Part shown: positions 39,039-48,792 of the stretch, piece after piece
Position numbering within the stretch: position 1 is the stretch's first letter
Layout of the letters: each line of letters opens with the position of its first letter
Assembly: GCA_041744215.1 (NCBI GenBank)
Contig: JBGTLG010000006.1
Span: forward strand, 64,001-128,000
Origin: Fimbriimonadales bacterium
GTDB lineage: Bacteria; Armatimonadota; Fimbriimonadia; Fimbriimonadales; ATM1
Length of the DNA stretch: 64,000 bases
Direction: 5' to 3'
Notes under the pieces: generated by a model
The model's input: the letters and a program-made list of their open reading frames with translations, nothing else
Told to the model about the DNA's origin: nothing
The model's database searches: none
Translations under genes and position numbers: made by a program

Positions 39039-39275
39039 GTGCCCATGCCCTTTGGCCCAGACATTGAACGAATCAGCCCCTATCACAGCATCAACCCGAG
39101 GGTAAACGCTGCCGACTCCCAGCAGGAGAGGAAGGGCAAGCGCGACCGGAAGCAATCCCCGGACGAGCCCGAAGACGTCTTGGACCTTCATGAGGAAGAA
39201 GAAGGCGATGCGGCGGGTCAGGACGACGTGAAGGTGTACGGAGCCGAGGACGACCATTTAGATCTGTCCGCGTAA
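39039..39275 (+). CDS. small acidic hypothetical protein
   Basis: AGGAGG RBS; ends HLDLSA. Confidence 0.65.
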   Translation: MPMPFGPDIERISPYHSINPRVNAADSQQERKGKRDRKQSPDEPEDVLDLHEEEEGDAAGQDDVKVYGAEDDHLDLSA

Positions 39276-39282
39276 CTCCGCC

Positions 39283-39298
39283 TTGGCATGCTTCTTGC
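39283..39298 (+). promoter_or_regulatory. sigma54 -24/-12 promoter
   Basis: TTGGCATGCTTCTTGC with exact GG-N10-GC spacing. Confidence 0.55.
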
Positions 39299-39350
39299 GA
39301 CCCATCTTCACTGAGCGGCGGGACGCAGCCCCGCAAGTCGGCGTCATAAC

Positions 39351-40493
39351 GTGGGGGGTATCCTCAGCCCCGAATTCCAACGGAGATTTATCAAATTGAT
39401 CAACCTGAATCGATTCATTCCTGCAGTTATCTGTGCGGCGGCCACCGCCGCGATGGCTGGATGTGGCGGCGCAAAGGCGAGCGGCAGCTCGTCAATCGCG
39501 ACCTTCAACGAAGCCCCAATTTCTCGCGAAGACTACAACAAGCGCCTCGAGACGATGCAAGTCGTTCGCGTTGTTGATGGTAACGGAAACGTAGTTCAGG
39601 CGCGGGTTGCAGAGCCGATGAGCAGCCAAGCGCTTCAGATGCTGATGATTGAGCAGGCCATCATTCAGGCCGCGCGAGACGAGAAGGTCTTGCCCTCGTC
39701 AGACGACATCGAGAAGGAGCGTAAATTCCGCGAAGAGCTGCAACAAGGCTACGTCAACGAATTGAAAAAGATGGGCCTGAGCATGGCGGACATCGATCGG
39801 CAAATCATGCTGGAACTGGCTCAGGAGAGGTTGACGACACGAGGCGTTCCCGAGAAGACGATGGACGATGTCGACAAGTACATCACCGACAACCCCAACA
39901 TCACTCGAGTCCCCGCTACGGCGACATTCAGAGTCATAGTTGTCGAATCCGCAGCCGAGCAGCAGGCAGTTGATGCGGATCTCCGCGGAGGGCTGCCCTT
40001 CGGTTCTGTCGCTTCGATGCGGAGCAAAATGCCGAACGCAAGGATGAACAATGGTTCTTTCCCCGACAACTCTGCTCAGCCGAGACCCATGGCAGTCCAA
40101 GGCCTGCGGCCCGAAATGCAAAAGGCACTAAACGAAACCGCCGAAGGGAAGATCAGCGAGTGGGTCGTCGTTGACCAGCAGCGGATAAAGATCTTTGTCG
40201 AGGCGAAGGCACCGGAAACCAAGACCACCCTTAGCAACGCACAGAAGGAAAGATTGCGCCGCGAGCTGATGGCGCGAGAAGGCCAAGTCCAGAACGACGT
40301 TCAAAAGCTCATCGTCGAAAAACTCTCCAAGGCGGACGTAAAGGTGAACATCAACTACCTTCGCCAAGCGTGGGAGACTTTCCAGACGGCAGTGAAGGAG
40401 AGATCTGCGGATATCCTCGGCACTCCAAGCTCTGAGACTCCGACCCCCGCGCCTGCGACTGGCGGACCTGCTGCAGAGCCGTCGGACGAGTAG
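39351..40493 (+). CDS. SurA/PrsA-like foldase lipoprotein (start uncertain)
   Basis: Lipobox MAGC, SurA-N-like region, degenerate parvulin domain. Confidence 0.8.
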   Translation: MGGILSPEFQRRFIKLINLNRFIPAVICAAATAAMAGCGGAKASGSSSIATFNEAPISREDYNKRLETMQVVRVVDGNGNVVQARVAEPMSSQALQMLMIEQAIIQAARDEKVLPSSDDIEKERKFREELQQGYVNELKKMGLSMADIDRQIMLELAQERLTTRGVPEKTMDDVDKYITDNPNITRVPATATFRVIVVESAAEQQAVDADLRGGLPFGSVASMRSKMPNARMNNGSFPDNSAQPRPMAVQGLRPEMQKALNETAEGKISEWVVVDQQRIKIFVEAKAPETKTTLSNAQKERLRRELMAREGQVQNDVQKLIVEKLSKADVKVNINYLRQAWETFQTAVKERSADILGTPSSETPTPAPATGGPAAEPSDE

Positions 40494-40514
40494 ATAACAC
40501 CGGATATCGATTGA

Positions 40515-40550
40515 AGAGCCCCGGGTGGACGCCGCCCGGGGCTCGGTTCT
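40515..40550 (+). terminator. hairpin after the foldase gene
   Basis: GAGCCCCGGG-loop-CCCGGGGCTC. Confidence 0.55.
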
Positions 40551-40595
40551 TGGGCGAGCCGGGAACTTTCGGTGTGCCTGCCATGTTGGAATAGT

Positions 40596-40683
40596 CGGAA
40601 TAAGCAGGAAAGCTCGCTTTTTCAACGCATCCTCTCCTCAACGCTCCGGCCGGAATTCTCCTCTCGGCCGGAGCGATTTTTTT
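40596..40683 (+). ncRNA. candidate CU-rich sRNA 1
   Basis: GGAAC-N18-GTT promoter (40562-40587); CAUCCUCUCCUC; 11-bp stem with UCUCCUCU loop and U7. Confidence 0.65.
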
Positions 40684-40740
40684 CCTACTGACCAAAAGTC
40701 CCGGAGGGAACCACTTTCCCCGGCCGACTGTTGAATAGGC

Positions 40741-40860
40741 TGTCAGCGGAGCAACGGGAAGGGAAATATAAGTAACAGTTTTCATCCTCATCCTCCTCTC
40801 CTCCAATAACTCCGGCGCCTTACTCCTCCCTCTCCTCTCAGGCGCCGGAGTCCTTTCTTT
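40741..40860 (+). ncRNA. candidate CU-rich sRNA 2
   Basis: GGAAC-N18-GTT promoter (40707-40732); CAUCCUCCUCUCCUCC; 12-bp stem with CUCCUCCCUCUCCUCUC loop and U-rich tail. Confidence 0.65.
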
Positions 40861-40913
40861 GGTTTAGTCTGCCCGAAGGATTCGGCATGCGACGCGTCGA
40901 AAGCATTCAAGTT

Positions 40914-42053
40914 ATGAATGACTTTGCGTCGGCTTCTTCGCTCTCAAACCTCATGCTTCGCCGCCAGGGCCGCACTCGTCGGGTTTCCAGTTGGGATCAA
41001 ACCGGGGGCAACCACGACTGGGTTAAGTTTGAGCCTCGCGAAAGCAAGGTCCTTGCAGAAGTGGAAGGCGCAGGAGTGATTCGGCACATATGGTTTACGA
41101 TTAACCATCGCGACAGGATGTACCTTCGCAACATGGTTTTGAAGGCGTACTGGGACGGCAGCGATGATCCAAGCATTTTATCGCCGGTCGGAGACTTCTT
41201 CTGTCTTGGGCACGGCATCAACAACAGCTTTGAAAATGCTGCGTTTAACGCTGTGGCGCATCAGGATTTGCATGGCGAAGTTGGAGGAGGCGTTGCCCTA
41301 AACTGCTACTTCCAAATGCCATTTGCACAAGGAATGCGAATCGAGATTGAGAACGAAAGCGACGAACTTTGCGATTCCTTCTACTACTATGTCGACTACG
41401 ATGAACTGCCGTCGCTTGGAGATGAGGTTCTGCGATTTCACGCGCACTATCGTCAAGAGTTTCCGACAACCGTCGACGGTGGCACTCTCGCATCGAAGGG
41501 TGAACATTATTGGGACAAGATGGCAGAACCTAACATCACAGGTGATGGCAACTACCTGATCATGGAAACACAAGGCGCAGGGCACTTCGCCGGTTGCGTC
41601 CTTTCGGTGGAGAACATCGACCCGATGATGCCGAAACGCGCGTTTGGCGATGTCGAGATGGTTGTTCCGGAACTGACTTGGTGGGGGGAAGGCGATGACA
41701 TGATTTGGATCGACGACGATACGTGGCCGCCAAGTCTGCATGGCACAGGTAGCGAGGACTACTTGACCCACGCATGGGGAATGCACGAAGATGCATGTCT
41801 CTACGGAGGCACAACCATTCATGAACATAGCAAGAAACACCCGAATCGAAAGGCATGTACGAGCTATCGACTGCATGTGCTCGACCCCATCCTCTTTGAG
41901 AAGAGAATAAAGGTCGCGATTGAGCACGGCCACGCGAACTTGCAGCAGAACAACTATTCCTCGGTCGCGTATTGGTATCAAACACCGGTCTCAGCGAGGC
42001 TGCCTGAGCTGCCAAAAGCCGAAGATCGGATACCTCTTTTTTATCGGAAGTGA
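40914..42053 (+). CDS. cytoplasmic DUF2961 / GH172-like glycoside hydrolase
   Basis: SSWDQTGGN.D, GAGVIRHIW, WWGEGD, GTGSEDY, EHGHAN, SVAYWYQ. Confidence 0.9.
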   Translation: MNDFASASSLSNLMLRRQGRTRRVSSWDQTGGNHDWVKFEPRESKVLAEVEGAGVIRHIWFTINHRDRMYLRNMVLKAYWDGSDDPSILSPVGDFFCLGHGINNSFENAAFNAVAHQDLHGEVGGGVALNCYFQMPFAQGMRIEIENESDELCDSFYYYVDYDELPSLGDEVLRFHAHYRQEFPTTVDGGTLASKGEHYWDKMAEPNITGDGNYLIMETQGAGHFAGCVLSVENIDPMMPKRAFGDVEMVVPELTWWGEGDDMIWIDDDTWPPSLHGTGSEDYLTHAWGMHEDACLYGGTTIHEHSKKHPNRKACTSYRLHVLDPILFEKRIKVAIEHGHANLQQNNYSSVAYWYQTPVSARLPELPKAEDRIPLFYRK

Positions 42054-42138
42054 TGCATCGCCCGCCTGCCCTGCGGCGGCCGACTGCTGACCAGTTCGGA
42101 ATGCGTTGGGACACCGGAGTAAGTCAAACTCGTTCCCG

Positions 42139-42540
42139 ATGACAGCTCCGCGACGCGAACTGATCGTTTTATTCGATGGCGAATGCAACTTGTGCAATCG
42201 CAGTGTGCAGTTCATCATTCGCCGAGATCGCCGGGGAAGGTTTAAGTTTGCGCCGTTACAATGGGCGATAGCAAAACAGCTGACCGAACGCACAGAAAGC
42301 GCTGGCTCGATGCTGCTCATCGAGAACGGGAAAACTCATAGAGAATCGACCGCCGCGCTTCGCATCTGTAAGAACTTGCGATTTCCGTGGCCGATCCTCT
42401 CTGCGCTCATTGTCATACCTCGTCCCATTCGAGACTTCGCGTATCGTTGGATCGCGCGAAATCGATATCGCTGGTTTGGAAAGAGAGAAGCGTGCATGGT
42501 TCCGACCGAGGAACTCTCCGCACGCTTCCTCTCCGAGTGA
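42139..42540 (+). CDS. DCC family thiol-disulfide oxidoreductase
   Basis: FDGECNLC, FAPLQ, ARNRYRWFG. Confidence 0.92.
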   Translation: MTAPRRELIVLFDGECNLCNRSVQFIIRRDRRGRFKFAPLQWAIAKQLTERTESAGSMLLIENGKTHRESTAALRICKNLRFPWPILSALIVIPRPIRDFAYRWIARNRYRWFGKREACMVPTEELSARFLSE

Positions 42541-42645
42541 TGGGTCTCATTCGCCGGGAGTCGCTCACTGCGATTGACGTGCCGGTGTAAGGTCCGGTGG
42601 GGTAGTCTCGACCCGCCGCCGCGAGGCGCGCAAGGAGAGAGACGA

Positions 42646-43086
42646 ATGGATGTCAGCAGTGCAATTACAGCGAGTTTCGGAAAAGGTCTGACTGAAGAGC
42701 AGATTGCGAGGATCGCCGATCTCGCTGAAGTGAAGGACTTTATGGGCGGGGACACCATCGTCCGTCAATTCGATGGCGGCTCAGACCTCGCGCTCATTCT
42801 CGACGGCTCTGCGCGAGTCAAAACTTTCCAAGGTGAAGAGATCGCAGAACTCGGAGTGGGAAGCGTCGTCGGTGAGATTTCCCTGATTGACGATCAGCCC
42901 AGGTCCGCGACGGTGGTGAGTGTGCGCGGCACCAAAGTAGCGTTCGTGCCCGCAGCAAGCCTTCGCGAATTGATGAGCTCGGATCCTGCTCTCGAAGCTG
43001 GGATACTTAGGAACATTTGCAAGACCCTCTGCGCGAGACTGCGACACGCGACGATCCATCTTGACGGCCTGATGGTCCGATCCTGA
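42646..43086 (+). CDS. stand-alone cyclic nucleotide-binding domain protein
   Basis: GEISLID..PRSATV. Confidence 0.88.
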   Translation: MDVSSAITASFGKGLTEEQIARIADLAEVKDFMGGDTIVRQFDGGSDLALILDGSARVKTFQGEEIAELGVGSVVGEISLIDDQPRSATVVSVRGTKVAFVPAASLRELMSSDPALEAGILRNICKTLCARLRHATIHLDGLMVRS

Positions 43087-43219
43087 ACCTCACCCGTCAG
43101 CCACCATGCACTCCATTTGGAAGTAAACGGATGCACACGGTTCGCCATGCGCGACCCCGCATCGTGGTTGGGTTGGTGCCAAAGGAAACTGCGTCCCGTT
43201 CATCGAATCTCCCCAACTT

Positions 43220-44485
43220 GTGACACACAAGACCCGCTCCCTCGGTTGGCAACTCGGCATGGCCGCATATTGGTTTGCCACTTCGATGAAGTGGTTCACG
43301 ATGTTTTTGCTCCTTGGCTTGGTCGTCAAGGAACTGGTTCCAGGTGGCGAAGAAGGAACGCTATGGGGTCGCGTAGTCTTTGCTGGAGCCTGTTGGGCGG
43401 CGATCGGGCCTGCGATCTTTGGATACCTCAGCGATCGAACTCGCTCGAGATATGGCCGTTGGCGACCTTTTGTCGTTGTTGGTTCAGGACTCACTGTTGT
43501 CGCGCTTCTTGTACTCGCGAAAGCTGATCAGTACTGGGTGATTGTCGCGGGTTACTTCATGCTGCAGGTCGCAGACGATCTCGCCACAGGGCCGTACAGT
43601 CAGCTTGTTCCTGGTCTCGTCCCGAAAGAGCAGCGTGGCCGAGCCAGCGGAATCATTGGTCTCGTGGAGTTTGCAGCGCAACTTGTGGCAGTAGGCATTG
43701 CGTTGACGTTGCGCGACATCCAACTCTCCTTTATCGTGATAGCGGGCGTTAATGTGGTCTGCGCTTCGATCACGATCTTCACAGTAAAGGAAGACCCAGC
43801 TCTCGTTGATTCCGAAAAGACGCCAATATGGAAAGCGATTACTGCACCGTGGAAATCGAGGGACTTCGCGTGGGCTTGGGCAACTAGGTTCTTGAACGCT
43901 CTGGGCTTCTACTTGGTGTTGACCTATCTCGCACTCTTCTTAGCAACCACGTTCACGGAGTTCTCGATCTTCGGCTTTGAAGTCGCGAAGGTAGACCAGG
44001 AGACAACTCCCACGCAAGCCGCGACGACAGCAGTGCTGGTGTTGGCATTGCTCATTGCATTGTGCGGCGCTGCCGGCTCCGTCATCGGTGGCCGTTCTGC
44101 CGACAAGTTCGGGCGTAAACGTGTCATTTATGTTGCAGGAACAACGATGGGTGTCCTGCTCGTCCCGTTCGCGCTGTTTCATTCCTTCACGCTCACGGTT
44201 TGTCTTGCGGTCGTGTTCGGCTTGGCGTATGGCGCGTTCGTTAGCGCGAATTGGGCGCTCGTCTCGGATGTTCTGCCAAGCCAAAATGACCTTGCCAAAG
44301 ATATGGGTATATGGCAGTCAAGCATCGCCATGCCGCAGATCGTCGTGGGCTTATTGGGGATGGGCGTGGATTGGGGGAATCGCACGTACGGGGCCGGAGT
44401 CGGCTACACGCTAATCTTTCTCGTCGCTTCGGTCGCCTACTTCACTTCGACAATTCTCGTGCGCAAAATCAAGCACACGATGTAG
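43220..44485 (+). CDS. MFS transporter
   Basis: G.LSDRTRSRYGRWRPF, DKFGRKR, about 12 TM. Confidence 0.9.
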   Translation: MTHKTRSLGWQLGMAAYWFATSMKWFTMFLLLGLVVKELVPGGEEGTLWGRVVFAGACWAAIGPAIFGYLSDRTRSRYGRWRPFVVVGSGLTVVALLVLAKADQYWVIVAGYFMLQVADDLATGPYSQLVPGLVPKEQRGRASGIIGLVEFAAQLVAVGIALTLRDIQLSFIVIAGVNVVCASITIFTVKEDPALVDSEKTPIWKAITAPWKSRDFAWAWATRFLNALGFYLVLTYLALFLATTFTEFSIFGFEVAKVDQETTPTQAATTAVLVLALLIALCGAAGSVIGGRSADKFGRKRVIYVAGTTMGVLLVPFALFHSFTLTVCLAVVFGLAYGAFVSANWALVSDVLPSQNDLAKDMGIWQSSIAMPQIVVGLLGMGVDWGNRTYGAGVGYTLIFLVASVAYFTSTILVRKIKHTM

Positions 44486-44497
44486 CACAATACTCTC

Positions 44498-45814
44498 GTG
44501 ACGGGTTTCGATGACATTATCTGCGCGCCAATAACGGGTCCGTTCCGCGCGCCGGTCGCGCTGATTCGGGTATCGGGTGGAGGCAGTTGGAAGATCGCCA
44601 CGAGCATCTTCACACCATTGCCTAGCAAACCAATACCGCGCAACGCTTACTATGGCGATATACTCATTGAAGGCGAGCGCTACGACGACGGACTGCTTGT
44701 GCTCTTCGAGCAAGGGCAAAGTTATACCGAGGAGGAATCATTCGAGATCAGCTGCCACGGGAGCCCTCAAATCGTACGCGCTGTGTTGGCTGAAATCGCA
44801 CGCCTGGGGGGGAGGTTCGCGCGCCCAGGCGAGTTCACTGAGCGCGCATTCCTGAACGGTCGCATCGATCTGACACAAGCCGAGGCAATCCGCGAAGCGA
44901 TCGATTCTGCAACTGATGCGCAAGCGCGACGCGCGAATCTAATCCGTCAGGGTCAATTGGCCAAAACCGTGGGCGAGATAGAGAGCGACATTGCAACCGT
45001 ACTCGCTCAAGCGGAAGCAACGGTTGACTTCTCTGAAGAGATTGGCGAGTTAGATCGAGATGCTGCGATCCACTCGATTCAAAACACGATTCGCAAGATG
45101 GACAAGCTATTGGCACGACGACAAACGGCGCGACTCATTCGCGAAGGGCTCCGTGTTGCCCTCGTCGGGCGACCTAACGTTGGGAAATCGTCGCTGATGA
45201 ACGCCATGCTCGGACTTGACCGCGCCATTGTGACGGAGATTCCGGGAACCACTCGAGACACGATCGAAGAAACGCTTTCCATTGGTGGCTTTCCTGTCGT
45301 GTTGACCGACACAGCAGGTCTCCGATCAACGGACGATCCCATAGAGCAGATTGGTGTTGAGCGGTCGCGGCGCGCAGTACAACTCGCAGACGAAGTTTGG
45401 TTTTTGATTGAAGCGCCAAAAGGAATAACGACGGAGGACCAAGCGTTGCTTGACGCGATCGGACGCGAAGTGGTCATGGTCGCGAACAAGGCGGATCTCG
45501 GCTCGCAGGTGAGTGGCCAGATCGTCGTTTCCGCAATCACAGGCGAAGGCCTGGAATCGCTGGAGAGGCACGTGCTCGAGCGATTTGCCGCCGGAGACGA
45601 ACTCCCGCTTACAAATGAGCGCCACCACGAAGACCTTGAACTTGCGAAGCAGTCTCTCCACTTCGCCGCCGAAACCCTTTCCAGCGACCTGCCCACCGAT
45701 GTGGCGTGCGTCGACCTCCGAGGTGCCTTGCAGGCGGTTGGCCGAATCACGGGGACGACTGCAACCGACGAGGTCCTCGACCGGGTCTTCCGCGACTTCT
45801 GCATAGGAAAGTGA
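44498..45814 (+). CDS. mnmE: tRNA modification GTPase
   Basis: GEFTERAFLNG, GRPNVGKSS, GTTRD, DTAG, FCIGK. Confidence 0.97.
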   Translation: MTGFDDIICAPITGPFRAPVALIRVSGGGSWKIATSIFTPLPSKPIPRNAYYGDILIEGERYDDGLLVLFEQGQSYTEEESFEISCHGSPQIVRAVLAEIARLGGRFARPGEFTERAFLNGRIDLTQAEAIREAIDSATDAQARRANLIRQGQLAKTVGEIESDIATVLAQAEATVDFSEEIGELDRDAAIHSIQNTIRKMDKLLARRQTARLIREGLRVALVGRPNVGKSSLMNAMLGLDRAIVTEIPGTTRDTIEETLSIGGFPVVLTDTAGLRSTDDPIEQIGVERSRRAVQLADEVWFLIEAPKGITTEDQALLDAIGREVVMVANKADLGSQVSGQIVVSAITGEGLESLERHVLERFAAGDELPLTNERHHEDLELAKQSLHFAAETLSSDLPTDVACVDLRGALQAVGRITGTTATDEVLDRVFRDFCIGK

Positions 45815-45845
45815 ATCCGTTGCAACCCCGGAGCGCTCGAGTTTT

Positions 45846-45863
45846 CTTAAGGCATCGTTAACA
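45846..45863 (+). promoter_or_regulatory. possible Pho box
   Basis: TTAAG and TTAAC with 11-bp periodicity upstream of pstS. Confidence 0.4.
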
Positions 45864-45968
45864 ACAGGGGTAGCGATGCCAATTGTTAACGAAATGGAGA
45901 GGACAGGTCGGTATATTCAGGGCTCTACGGAACAGTCCGTGGGATAGTGCCAACTCAGGAGGTTAGCA

Positions 45969-46976
45969 ATGAAGCAGATTTCAATAGCGGTTTTAGGAAT
46001 CGCGGCGATGGTCGCGCTTGGCTGCGGCGACAAAGGCGCCACGGGCTCAGGCGATACCCTCGGGGGGCGAATCCAAGCAGATGGATCCAGCACCGTCCAC
46101 CCATTCACAGCAGCCTACGCTGAAGAGTTTCGGGCGGAGAATGGTGGAGTCTCGATCACCGTGGGCGAGAGCGGAACTGGCGGCGGATTCAAACGGTTTT
46201 GCCGAGGTGAGACCGACATCAGCAACGCCTCTCGACCGATTAAGCAAGAAGAGATGGACCTTTGCCTGGAGAACGGCGTGGAGTACATCGAAATCCCAGT
46301 CGCCTATGACGCGCTGACTGTCGTAGTCCATCCCAAAAACACGCTCCTCGACACAATCACGGTCGCCGATCTGAAGCGCCTCTGGGAACCTGACAGCTCA
46401 GTCCAGACCTGGCGCGACCTCAACCCTGCGTGGCCCGCCGAGAAGATTCTCCTGTTCGGACCTGGGCAGGCCTCCGGCACATTCGACTACTTCACAGAGG
46501 CGATCGTTGGCAAGGCAAAAAGCAGTCGAACCGACTTCCAGGCCAGCGAGAGTGACAACGAGTTAGTTCGAGGCGTCCAGGGCAGCGAATGGGCGCTTGG
46601 TTACTTTGGGTTCAGCTACTACGACCAGAATCGAGAGACGCTAAAAGCGCTAAAGATCGACATGAACAATGGCGGTGTTGGTCCGAGTTTTGAAAGCGTC
46701 GAGAACGGCACGTATCAGCCGCTGAGCCGCCCCCTCCTCATCTATGTAAACAAGAAAGCTGCGGCGCGCCCAGAAGTCCAGGCGTTCGTTCACTTCATCC
46801 TTGACCCGGCGAACCGCGACATCATGAAAGAAGAGGGCTTCGTGCCTCTGCCTGACGCGGTCTATAATATCGCTCGAGAAAAGTTCGATGCGATGAAGAC
46901 CGGTACGCTTTTCGGGGGCAAGGAAGCCGTCGGTCTGAAGCTCGAAGATCTCCTGAAGGCTGAATCCGGCAAGTAA
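45969..46976 (+). CDS. pstS: phosphate ABC transporter binding lipoprotein
   Basis: Lipobox, [31 protein letters not shown]. Confidence 0.95.
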   Translation: MKQISIAVLGIAAMVALGCGDKGATGSGDTLGGRIQADGSSTVHPFTAAYAEEFRAENGGVSITVGESGTGGGFKRFCRGETDISNASRPIKQEEMDLCLENGVEYIEIPVAYDALTVVVHPKNTLLDTITVADLKRLWEPDSSVQTWRDLNPAWPAEKILLFGPGQASGTFDYFTEAIVGKAKSSRTDFQASESDNELVRGVQGSEWALGYFGFSYYDQNRETLKALKIDMNNGGVGPSFESVENGTYQPLSRPLLIYVNKKAAARPEVQAFVHFILDPANRDIMKEEGFVPLPDAVYNIAREKFDAMKTGTLFGGKEAVGLKLEDLLKAESGK

Positions 46977-46983
46977 GGCGCAT

Positions 46984-47877
46984 ATGGCGGTAGACCGCTC
47001 GTTATCGAATCGCTACCGGCGCGAATGGATCGTTCGCGCCGGTACGTTTCTATGCGCCGCGATCAGCATCTTAACGACACTTGGCATCATCTACGTCTTG
47101 GTATCCGAGTCGCTCGGCTTCTTCAAGGAGGTGTCCGTACTCAGCTTTGTTACGGGAACAAAATGGGGTCCTCCAAATGATTACGGTGTTCTGCCATTAG
47201 TCTCAGGAACGATGATCATCGCCATTCTCGCAGGGTGCATTGCGATCCCACTTGGACTGCTGGGTGCCGTTTATCTCAGTGAGTACGCAAGCGAAAAGCT
47301 TCGCAACGTTGTAAAACCAGTTCTCGAATTGCTTGCAGGAATTCCGACGATCGTGTATGGCTTCTTCGCCGTCACTTTCGTGACGCCGCAGTTGAAGAAG
47401 ATCCTCCCGGATTTGCCTGCGTACAACGCGCTCAGCGGAGGCATTGTCGTCGGGATCATGATCCTGCCAATTGTGGCGTCACTGTCTGAAGAGGCTCTAA
47501 ACGCGGTTCCTCGAAGCCTCCGCGAAGGCGGCTTGGCGCTTGGGGCAACGAAGGGGGAAGTGATTCGTGGCATTGTCATTCCAGGCGCGCTTTCTGGGAT
47601 CATGTCCGCATTCCTATTGGGGCTTGCGCGCGCAGCCGGAGAGACGATGGCTGTAACGCTTGCCGCTGGTCAGCTGCCAAACTTGACGTGGGACATTACA
47701 CAAAGTATGCAGACGATGTCTGCTTACATCGTTACGATTGCGCGAGGTGAGGCGCCAGCGGGCTCAGTCGAGTATCAAACAATCTTCGCCGTGGGGCTTG
47801 CGCTCTTCGTGATCACGCTAACGATGAATATGCTCGCGCAAAAGTTGGTCGCTAAGTACAGGCTCAAGTATGGATAA
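46984..47877 (+). CDS. pstC: phosphate ABC permease
   Basis: LAGIPTIVYGFF, RAAGETMAV. Confidence 0.95.
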   Translation: MAVDRSLSNRYRREWIVRAGTFLCAAISILTTLGIIYVLVSESLGFFKEVSVLSFVTGTKWGPPNDYGVLPLVSGTMIIAILAGCIAIPLGLLGAVYLSEYASEKLRNVVKPVLELLAGIPTIVYGFFAVTFVTPQLKKILPDLPAYNALSGGIVVGIMILPIVASLSEEALNAVPRSLREGGLALGATKGEVIRGIVIPGALSGIMSAFLLGLARAAGETMAVTLAAGQLPNLTWDITQSMQTMSAYIVTIARGEAPAGSVEYQTIFAVGLALFVITLTMNMLAQKLVAKYRLKYG

Positions 47878-48766
47878 CGTAACTGTTCCCAAACAAGACC
47901 TTTCCGCGAGGTTGCCGATCTTCCGAATCTTCAAAGAGCGGCTGTTTGTGGTCCTCTGTATCATTGGCACTCTCTTCGGAGTGATAGCCCTTCTGCTGCT
48001 CTCCTACCAGATCTTCGTAGACGGCGCACAGCGCCTAAGTTGGGATTTTCTATGGGCGATGCCGTCACGCCATCCAGAGAAAGCCGGGATACTGCCTGCT
48101 CTCGTTGGAACGCTCTGGTTGCTTCTGCTGACCACCTGCTTTACTGTCCCTCTTGGAGTTGGCAGCGCGATCTATCTCGAAGAGTTCGCTCAGAAGAACT
48201 GGCTCAACCGCTTGATACAAGTGAACATCGCAAACCTCGCGGGCGTTCCGAGCATCGTCTACGGACTCCTAGGGTTGGCCATTTTCGTCAGGACGATGTC
48301 TCTCGGAAAAAGCCTTGTTGCTGCGGCGCTCACAATGAGCCTCCTCATTCTGCCGATGGTCATAACAGCAGCGCAAGAGGCGATTCGCGCCGTCCCACAA
48401 AGCTATCGAGAAGGCTCGCTCGCGCTCGGCGCCACTCGCTGGGAAACTGTGCGGCATTCTGTCCTGCCCAGCGCATTCTCGGGCATTCTCACTGGAATCA
48501 TTCTTGGTCTTTCGCGCGCTCTCGGAGAAGCTGCGCCCCTAATTGCTGTTGGCGCGGCGACCTTTGTCTCGAATGTGCCCAAATCTCCGGTAGAGGAAGG
48601 ATTCACCGTCATGCCGATCCAGATCTTTAACTGGTCTGACATGCCAAAGCGGGGGTTCATCGAAAACGCTGCCGCAGCGATCATTATCCTGATGACCGTG
48701 ATCATAGTCTTCAACCTCCTCGCTGCTTACCTCCGCGTCCAGGCTAGGCGAAAGACGAGGGGCTGA
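47870..48766 (+). CDS. pstA: phosphate ABC permease
   Basis: LAGVPSIVYGL, SRALGEAAP. Confidence 0.95.
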   Translation: MDNVTVPKQDLSARLPIFRIFKERLFVVLCIIGTLFGVIALLLLSYQIFVDGAQRLSWDFLWAMPSRHPEKAGILPALVGTLWLLLLTTCFTVPLGVGSAIYLEEFAQKNWLNRLIQVNIANLAGVPSIVYGLLGLAIFVRTMSLGKSLVAAALTMSLLILPMVITAAQEAIRAVPQSYREGSLALGATRWETVRHSVLPSAFSGILTGIILGLSRALGEAAPLIAVGAATFVSNVPKSPVEEGFTVMPIQIFNWSDMPKRGFIENAAAAIIILMTVIIVFNLLAAYLRVQARRKTRG

Positions 48767-48792
48767 CGCCCACCCAAGTAAACTCGGCGCGC

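Noticed and set aside
40620-40860. CsrB/RsmZ-like GGA-repeat RNA on the minus strand, and ORFs 40351-40806 / 40525-40734
   Set aside because: Promoter motifs and U tracts both point to + strand transcripts; the ORFs have no protein-like features.
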